Shown here: positions 53,163-62,000 of the stretch, in pieces | Position numbering within the stretch: position 1 is the first letter of the stretch | How the letters are laid out: every line of letters begins with the position of its first letter | Source: Octopus vulgaris | Lineage: Eukaryota | DNA length: 62,000 nucleotides | Direction of reading: 5' to 3' | NCBI GenBank assembly: GCA_951406725.2 | Contig: OX597834.1 | Coordinates: 40,134,001 to 40,196,000, forward strand | Translations under genes and position numbers: made by a program | Notes under the pieces: generated by a model | Told to the model about the DNA's origin: nothing | The model's database searches: none | What the model saw: only the letters and a program-made list of their open reading frames with translations

Positions 53163-53751
53163 TTCTGTTTACAATGAGGGAAAAGACAACAGAAGATGGC
53201 AAAAGATGCTGAAGTGAAGAAATAGCTTGGAGCAAGAAGGAAGAAATAACTGAAGAGATGAAGAAAGTTTTTGGATAAGAATTTCGAAGGATCAAAGAAG
53301 AATGACTGAAGAAATCAAAGAGAAAAGAAAGGAAGAAGGAATCAAAGCAAAGTTGCCACATTGCCAACAGCAACAATGATTGGTTTCAGAGGTCTAAGTT
53401 CAAAGAGATCAGAGAAGAAAAACTAAAATTTTAGTGAAAATCTACACAGTAAGGATTGCTGTTGTTGTTGTTGTTAATGGTATTTTATTAGCATTATTAT
53501 TAGTAGTACTACATCATCATCATCATCATCATCAGTATCATCATCCTTGTTGGTGTTCGTGCTGTTTCTTTAGGTTTTGGGGGTCTTTCCTTTTTAACTG
53601 CCATCATTATCTCCCATCCCTGTTTTCGCAAACTCAATTCTATATTTACCTCCTTCATTTTTATCATTTTTCCCCTTGTAATATCTCCTCGTTGTTGCCC
53701 TTGTGGCAAATAAAGAAATCATCATTTTAATTATCATCATCATCATCATCA

Positions 53752-53803
<52 letters not shown>

Positions 53804-54162
53804 TTCTGCCTTAGCGAAGGCTGAGGTATTGTTTTCAGTCATATTGGTTTGTTTGACCGTGGACAAGATATCTCAAGAACTGCTGGATGAATTTGGATGA
53901 AACTTCTAGGGATATTTGGCCTCATGACTGGCATGAACTGATTAAATTTTGGGACCAATCCGGTACCAGACAAGGATTCTGGATTATTTTTTCTTGTTTT
54001 TCTTACTTAATTTTTGAGAGCAGTTGGATTCATTTTTAGTATTCTCATTTATGAAAAGAGTCGAGTTTATTTCAGATCTTCTCATTTTAAAAATCATCAC
54101 CAGCTAACCATTGAGAGGACATTGGTGTTGCCTTGGCGGAAGTTTGCGCTCTCTTACTGCTG

Positions 54163-54202
<40 letters not shown>

Positions 54203-54441
54203 TCGTTTAACACGTTTTCTGTGCTAGCATGGGTTGAGTGGTTCGACCGGGGTCTGGGAAGCCAGGAGGCAGCACCAGGCTCCAGTTTGATCTGGCAGAG
54301 TTTCTACAGCTGGATGCCCTTCCTAACGCCAACCACTCCATGAGTGTAGTGGGTGCTTTTTATGTGCCACTGGCACAGGTGCCAGAGGAGGCTGGCAGCA
54401 GCCATGATCGGTTGGTGCTTTTTACATGCCATATTATTATT

Positions 54442-54660
54442 GAGTGAGGGAGCAGTGCATGCCATCGAAGTGACACTGGGTTAAAATATACGAAGCCCAG
54501 TATACCCATCATGACTATCCGTCTGATAAGGGTAGACCAAGCACATGCATCACAACCATACGTGCGCGACATGGTGATCTCATATCAAAGTAAACAGCAC
54601 ATAACCTTGCAGGTGGGGCCCAGTTAGAACTTTCTTCTGGTCGAGTAACCCATCCTGCTC
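54442..54660 (-). mobile_element. Second copy of family F, shorter
   Basis: Colinear match to about 32836-33055. Confidence 0.6.
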
Positions 54661-54789
54661 AGCTCAAGTTGTTACAACCCAGTTCAATGCTGAATCTCTC
54701 TCCATCAGCAACAGTTCAGTTCTGATCATCTTCCCCATGGTAAGCCCCACCACCTTTTCTTGACTGTATGTGATTACCACCACCAATGC

Positions 54790-55135
54790 CACTACCACTG
54801 TCACCATGGTAACAAGACCATTTCAATCACCACTGTAATGACACTCCTGCCACACACCACTGCAATAACCACTGTGAAAATTACAACACTACCACCACCA
54901 CCACAACTACTGTTACAGTAACTACAACACCATCACAACCATTTGTACTACCACCACTGAAAATACCACTGTCACCATAGTAACAAGACCACAACAATCA
55001 CCACTGTAACCACACTCCTCCTACATACCACCACTACAACCATTGCGAAAATTACTATAGTACCACCACCGCCACTACAACTGTTGCCATATCTACAACA
55101 CGATCTCTACCATTAGCACCACCACCACCACCACA
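54790..55135. repeat. 171-bp tandem duplication in (ACC)-rich sequence
   Basis: accactgtcaccat(g/a)gtaacaagacc at 54794 and 54965. Confidence 0.7.
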
Positions 55136-55513
55136 AACAGCATCACCAACATAATCGATAACAGCAGGAACTATACCACTCGCGCTGCCATCCTCTCACC
55201 CCCCCCCCCACTGCCCTCGTAACCTTTGCAACTGCTTCGCAAATCCTTGATATCATTTTACGTATTGAATTAGAATTTAAAATGTATTTCAAGGAGTGTT
55301 TCTTCATGGAAACACACACACACACACACACACAGTGAGATATGCATCATCATCATCATTTAACATCTGCTTTCCATGCTGGCATGGGTTGGATGAAGCT
55401 GGTAAGTCTGGGAATTGCACTAGTGATGCTATATTTAGACGTCAGTGTACATGAGCAAATATACACAAACACATATCCATGAAATTAAATATATACATAC
55501 ATACATACATACA

Positions 55514-55548
<35 letters not shown>

Positions 55549-55559
55549 GTTTGTGTGTC

Positions 55560-55750
55560 CATATTGGTTCCCCCACCCCATCATCGCTTGACAACAGATG
55601 CTGGTGTGTTTATGTTCCTGTAACTTAAGATCCCAGGACTTATTCTTTGTTAACCTAGTACTTATTCTATCAGTCTCTTTAGCCAAAACACTAAGTTACA
55701 GGGACTATGTGGCTGTTTGGTAAGTAGCTTGGGAGTACAAACACAGACAC

Positions 55751-55794
<44 letters not shown>

Positions 55795-55950
55795 GATGGG
55801 CTTCTTTCAGTTTCCGTCTACCAAATCCACTCACAAGGCTTTGGTCGGCCATGCAGCTATAGTAGAAGACACTTGGCCAAGGTGTCATGCATTGGGAATG
55901 AACCCAGAACCATATGGTTGGTAAGCAAGCTTCTTACCATACAGCCACGC
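55560..55950 (-). mobile_element. Rearranged SINE family A
   Basis: Family A blocks in shuffled order, with head near 55950. Confidence 0.65.
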
Positions 55951-56355
55951 CTACATACACACATTGTTATGGGAGAATCCTGAACACCCCCATGTGACTG
56001 AACGTGGACTAACCAATTACAATAAATAAAGACTGAGTGAACTGTCAACAAGCGTAGTTGACGGTGTTAGTCTGACTGTGTTGGTTTACCATATTGCTTT
56101 GACGTGTGTTGGTTTAACAGTCGGTAGTTGAACAGTGAGTACTGAGTATCTTACCTACGTTTGGGAGTAGTATGGAGTGCATTCTGTGTTAAGGTATGTT
56201 TTGTGGTAGGTTATTTTCAGATAACCACAACCAACTATATATTAGCGTAATATGATTGTACACCAGACGTGTATACCCAAGTCATAACATATACAAGTAC
56301 ATTCAAAGATACAAGTGTACATATGCAACTATATACGAACACCTCTATCTCTTTT

Positions 56356-56402
<47 letters not shown>

Positions 56403-56889
56403 GTGTGTCTGTGTGTTATATGTGTGTGTGTGTGTGTTTGTGATACATTTATCTCAGAACCTCCCCAAAACTAGAGAATGTTATCTCAGCTTAATAAGAT
56501 TAAACATGAAGAAAAACGACCAATATCAATGTAAGTAATCTCCACAAATGGTAAATCTACAAAAAATTTTCACTTTACAAGAATGAAGGACAACTAAAAT
56601 ATAAAAATTCACAAACAAGCATAATCAGCCAAACATATATCACTATGGTTTCAACACCTGGACTCTGTGTGTGTGTGTGTGTTAAAGTAATGAGAAAAGG
56701 CAAACAGTTAGTCAAGGCAGGCTCAAAGGGAAGTCACCACTAGCCATTTTTTGAGCAAGACAATCACACAGCTACAACTTCAAATGCTGTTCTAAGTGGA
56801 ATTTTGGTGGCACACCTATTTGAGTATATTCATTAGCTTAACTCATCTTGATGAAAATTCCTCATATCCTCTTGTTTTTTTTTTTCTGT

Positions 56890-56931
56890 GTCCCTTTCTG
56901 TAGAAGAGCATAGGCTCGAAATGTAAAAGAC
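56890..56931 (+). ncRNA. Minimal type I hammerhead-like motif (Penelope-type) with variant core
   Basis: GTCCCTTT-CTGTAGA-A-GAGC atag GCTC-GAAA TGT A-AAAGAC; A6 of CUGANGA is replaced by U. Confidence 0.5.
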
Positions 56932-57086
56932 TTTTTCAATTCTTGAGCGTTATACACCACCTGTCTTCGTCTTTTGTTTTTTATCACACACACATACAGA
57001 CAGGTGTATTTAAAGATCCAAGGGAAAATATTATACCTGTCCTTACCATACAGCCATGTCTGTACCTCTCTCATAAATATATACAC

Positions 57087-57195
57087 ACGAGAGGGTGCTG
57101 AAATGTTCCTGGCTTTAAGGGTATTGTGAAAGGCCTGGTCGAAGGCCCAGCCTTCTGATTTCTTTTACAGGGCTTAGAAAAACTGAAGGACCATG
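57087..57195 (+). mobile_element. Mariner-derived MITE, left part
   Basis: acgagagggtgctgaaatgttcctggctttaagg...ttttacagggcttagaaaaactgaaggacc, matching 31477. Confidence 0.5.
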
Positions 57196-57567
57196 TGTGA
57201 AAATGAGTAACAGTTTTGCAAAAATTTTGCAGCTTTAATACAAGAATATATCATCATCATCATCATTTAATATCTGTTGTCCATGCTGGCATGGGTTGGA
57301 TGGTTCGGCAGAGGTGGTATGCTGGAAGGCTGCACCAGACTCCAGTCTGATTTGCCATGGTTTTCTACAGCTGGAAGCCCTTCCTAATCCCAACCACTCT
57401 GATGGTTAGGTGCTTTTATGTGCCACCAGCATGGGTGCCATTTGCATGACACGGGCATGGCTACCAATCTGTGTGACACTGGTATCTGCCATGACTGCGA
57501 TTTTGCTTAGCTTGATGGGTCACCTTCTCAAGCACAGCATAATGCCAATGGTCTTGATATATTATAT

Positions 57568-57871
57568 ATCACCGTGACCGACCAGGCTATCAGATGTTGT
57601 TACACATCGCTGGTCACAATGTGCTTTGCATTGTTTTAGCCTTCAAATGACGCCACCCTGCTGGCTAAGCAAGCAGGCCAACAGTAGAAAGAGTGAGAGA
57701 AAGTTGTGGCGAAAGAGTACAGCAGGGATCAACACCATCCCCTACCGGAGCCTCGTGGAGCTTTAGGTGTTTTTGCTCAATAAACACTCACAACGCCCGG
57801 TCTGGGAATCGAAACTGAGATCCTACGACCACGAGTTCGCTGCCCTATCCACTGGGACATTGCACTTCCAC
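57568..57871 (-). mobile_element. tRNA-derived SINE family D
   Basis: Head gtggaagtgcaatgtcccagtggatagggc ... gtttcgattccc; partial copy at 28255-28330. Confidence 0.7.
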
Positions 57872-58557
57872 ATATTATATTATAAGGAAACGTAAAGGGG
57901 ACAGGTGGAGGAGGAGATTGGGGGTGGGTGGCTTGAGGATGGAGGATGCCCAAAACCAGGTAAGAAGGCAAGATGGTGTGAGAGCGATTGCTGTAAGAGT
58001 GAGGTCGATCTGACTGCCCCCACCCTGTTAATGGGGACAAATCTGGATTTAAAATATTGGAATTCACCATCATCAATCCACTGTTAATTACGAATGTGTG
58101 TGCGTGCATGGGTGTGCATGTGTATGTCTGTGTGTCTTCTTGCTTAGACATCACGTCATAGTTGTAAACAAGTGTCCCTGTCGTACAAGTGGCTTTGTTC
58201 GTTTTCCCTCTTCCATGTGAAAACAAGTCCAGCCAAGGAGAAAATTTACCTTGATTAGAAGCAGGTGAGGGTTGGTGATTGGGAAAGCATCCAGGCATAG
58301 GAAATCTGTCTTGGTGAATTTCATCTAATTCATACACGCATGGAAAAATAGGCATTAAAAGAATGAGGATGAGAATGGCTATGATGATGATGATGATGAT
58401 GATGATGCTAAATAATTATACAAACACCTCTCTCTCTCCCCCTCTCTCTTTCCCCCATCCCCACACACACGCAGAAGTTAATCAATAGAACGATTTCTCA
58501 ATTAATCTGTCAATGAAAAGATATCGGTAGAGATGAGGGAGAAAGAGAGAGACAGAC

Positions 58558-58595
<38 letters not shown>

Positions 58596-61530
58596 AACGA
58601 TAGAGAGATAAAGAGATGAGTTACAGTTAAAGAGAAATATAGATATGAGAGAGAGAGAGGGAGAGAAGGGAGAGAAAGGGGAGAGAGAGGCTGACAGACA
58701 GACAGGCAGTGAGACAGGGAATAATCCAATTTACTGATGCAGAAAAGAAATGTAAAATTGTGTCAAGATAATCCATTTGAAATCCTTCAGTTTGAAAGAT
58801 CTGCCATTGTCTTCAAAGTAAGATAACAGTTCCAGATTGGTGTGATGTCACAGAATGGCAGGATGGTGATTGTGATGGTGATGGAATTGATGATGGTGGT
58901 AGTGGTGGTGGTGGTGGTGGTGGTGATGGTGTTTTGGTTAATGGCGTTGGCAACAGTGATGGTGGTGGCGGTGGTGGTGTTGTCGGTGGTTGCAGTGAAG
59001 ATTGTTGTGATGGTAGTTGCCATGGTGGTGGTGGTGGTTGTGTAAGAGTAATGGTAGACTTCTACATATAATGTCATTGTGATATTTCAATCATGTCACA
59101 AGTTCAAATCCCTTTGACGTCAGCTTAACCCTTTTAACCTTTCTGGGGGGAGTCTATAAAAATAAATTCTGGGATTGAGTTAAATCAATTGCTTGTGCCT
59201 CCCAACACTCCCTGGATGTTATGCACTTGTGCCAACAGGTGGCAGCACGAGTAGTAATAACACAAGGGTCCCATACAGCCAGAACTACCTGTTATTCTTA
59301 GGAAACTCAATCTGTGATTGGTGATTGATTTAAATCATTAAATTGATTGATTGTGCCTCTCCACACTCATCAAGTATTCTGCTCTTGTGCCAACAGGTAG
59401 CAGCACAAGTAGACAGAACACAAGAGCAATACATCTTGTATTTAGATATGGTCCTGTCTGCTCTGAGTTCAAATACAGCCAGCATTGTATCTGCCCATCA
59501 TCGTTGGGGTAAAATAAAACAGCCCTTTTTATTATGAGCACAAGGCATGAAACTTCGATGGGGAAGGGGATAATCAATTACGTCGACCCCAGTGCACAAC
59601 TGGTACCTATTTTATCGGCCCCTCAAAAGGATGAAAGGCAAAGTTGACCTAGGCAGTATTTGAACTCAGGACCCAAAGATAGACAAAATTCTACCAAGCA
59701 TATTTTTTCCAGGTATGCTAACGATTCAGCCAGACAACCTGGCACAATCTGAAGATTGGTTCCCTCAACTGTATTTATTTAGCGCTTTCACCCCTTTCAG
59801 GAATTCATCCGATGATTGAAACAAACAATAAAAAGATAAAACAAACAGTTAACCTAAATATTATTGATCTGATAAGCGAGGCCCCTACTTCAGTGTAGAG
59901 ACATGGCCCCTATTTCAGAGTAAACCATACAATTAACCAAAAATATAAAACTAACTTAGCAGTTCAGCAAAAGGAATAAAGACCAGAAATTTTATTTACA
60001 AAAAAAAAACATACTGGGATCAATTCGTTTGACAAAAACCCATCGAGGTGGTGCCCCAGCATGGCGACAGTCAAATGACTGAAACAACCCACGTCTCTAC
60101 AATCATTATATCCTATTTACCTTGACCTTTGTCCCCCATCCCCCCCTGCCGTTTCTCTCTGTTCTTTTAACCCTATTTTCTCTTTCATTCTTTCTAGAAC
60201 CCTTTTTTGTGTTTTTCCCCTCTGTTTCTCCAACGCCAACCATTCCCCTTATTTCCCTCTGCTTCTCATCCTCATCCTTTATCTTCCTGTTTTCATCTTC
60301 TCATTCAACCAGAATCCTCCATTGGCTCATCCAACGACAACAATGGGAAAGAGACAGACAGGCTGACGCACAGACAGACAGAAAGGCAACCCATTTCCCC
60401 CGAGAGATTCAAAGAGAAATCCGATTCCAATGGTAAATGCGGAAGTTACAACAAAGCAAAGTGTGAAGAACTGCTCCAGTGTGTGTATATATATATATAT
60501 ATATACAAATGTATAAAGATATATGCGATCACATATACATATCCCTCGGTGCAGGATTCCATGGCTACATGTGTGCACAAACACACATGTGCATGTAGAC
60601 ACACACATGCACACACGCATTCACACATGCAAATACTGAGATGTGTTCACAGATAAATGCACTCAGGTAGGATACATAAATACATACATGTATACACACG
60701 TGCATGTACGTGTGTGCATGTATGTATGTGTGTGTATGTCTGTGTGTGTATGTATGTGTGTGTATGTATGTGTGTGTATGTATGTGTGTGTATGTATGTA
60801 TGTGTGTATGTATGTGTGTATGTATGTATGTGTGTGTGTATGTATGTATGTATGATGTATGTATGAGTGTGTGCATGTATGTATGTGTGTGTATGTATGT
60901 GTGTGTGTGTATGTATGTGTGTGTGTGTATACACACATGCATATGTAGAAATGCAGACAGGTAACCAATAAAGAAGCCACTAAGTGGTCACTTGATCTGC
61001 TAGAAACAACAGCAAAATCTCAATGTAATTACATGCTACCGTCTCAAAGAATGAAGTAATGTAATCCTAGATATACCCAGTGTGACAAAAAAAAAATGAA
61101 AGAATAAATAAATAGATAGCATGATCAGAATTGAAATATCTGCTGGACCAAGACTGACCTAGGGTTAAACAACCCCAAAAAACTTCAAAATCCAGTTTGA
61201 AATATTGGGAATATGATTCACTAAAACTCTTGAATAACATGGTGCCCCAGCATGGCCAGAGTCAAATAACTGAAACCAGTATAAGAATACATACAAACAC
61301 ATACAAGCATACACATATATAATGTGTGTATCTGTATACATGTGCCATTGGCAAATCTTCTTCTCCATCTTTGGTCTTTACTCTTTCTCCTTTCCGACGA
61401 AGAGCTTTGCTCAAAATGTCAAACTCTCTCCTTACACCAAGCATTGAGCTAATATGTTTCTTGTACATGTCCTCAGGTTTTTTTTTTTTTTTTTATTATT
61501 TCAGTTGGTTATTTGAATTGATTATACATA

Positions 61531-61754
61531 CTCTCTTTTACTCTTTTACTTCTTTCAGTCATTTGACTGCGGCCATGCTGGAGCACCGCCTTTAGTCGAG
61601 CAAATCGACCCCGGGACTTATTCTTTTTGTAAGCCCAGTACTTATTCTATCGGTCTCTTTTGCCGAACCGCTAAGTGACGGGGACGTAAACACACCAGCA
61701 TCGGTTGTCAAGCAATGCTAGGGGGACAAACACAGACACACAAACATATACGCA

Positions 61755-61814
<60 letters not shown>

Positions 61815-61977
61815 GACAGGCTTCTTTCAGTTTCCGTCTACCAAATCGACTCACAAGGCTTTGATCAGCCCGGGGCTATAGCAGAAGACACTTGCCCAAG
61901 ATGCTACGCAGTGGGACTGAACCCAGAACCATGTGGTTGGTTAGCAAGCTACTTACCACACAGCCACTCCTGCGCCT
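61531..61977 (-). mobile_element. Full-length SINE family A
   Basis: Same structure as 6904-7347, very similar sequence. Confidence 0.85.
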
Positions 61978-62000
61978 ATACATGCATATATCATCATCAT

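Noticed and set aside
54780-55140. Mucin-like Thr-rich coding repeat
   Set aside because: Stops and frameshifts occur in both copies; it is degenerate (ACC)n DNA.
56100-56230. Splice-donor-like motifs in unique sequence
   Set aside because: Donor-like words occur on both strands with no consistent exon.

Overview
AT-rich, repeat-saturated animal genomic DNA; the SINE, RTE and microsatellite families resemble those of Octopus (inference from recognition, not a database hit). Almost every ORF in the supplied track is a translated microsatellite. The window looks like mostly intron of an unidentified minus-strand gene: one well-supported 145-nt exon (41515-41659) plus weaker candidates at 53141-53162, 42703-42741 and 5356-5375. 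Transposon content: two mariner transposase relics (8105-9045; a complete 566-bp deletion derivative at 51999-52564), an RTE LINE 3' end with many 5'-truncated 3'-UTR copies, a HERO-like restriction-like-endonuclease fragment absent from the ORF track (39698-40036), several tRNA-derived SINE families, Helitron-, hAT- and piggyBac-like non-autonomous elements, and several minisatellites. The most interesting signals are short (AT)n-flanked elements carrying minimal hammerhead-ribozyme-like folds (one pair shows a compensatory stem change), a SINE dimer junction that recurs at two loci, SINE heads swapping 3' modules at an internal microsatellite, and many fold-back palindromes. No CRISPR array, rRNA or intact tRNA gene was found. 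Family labels A-F are mine, and many repeat boundaries are approximate.
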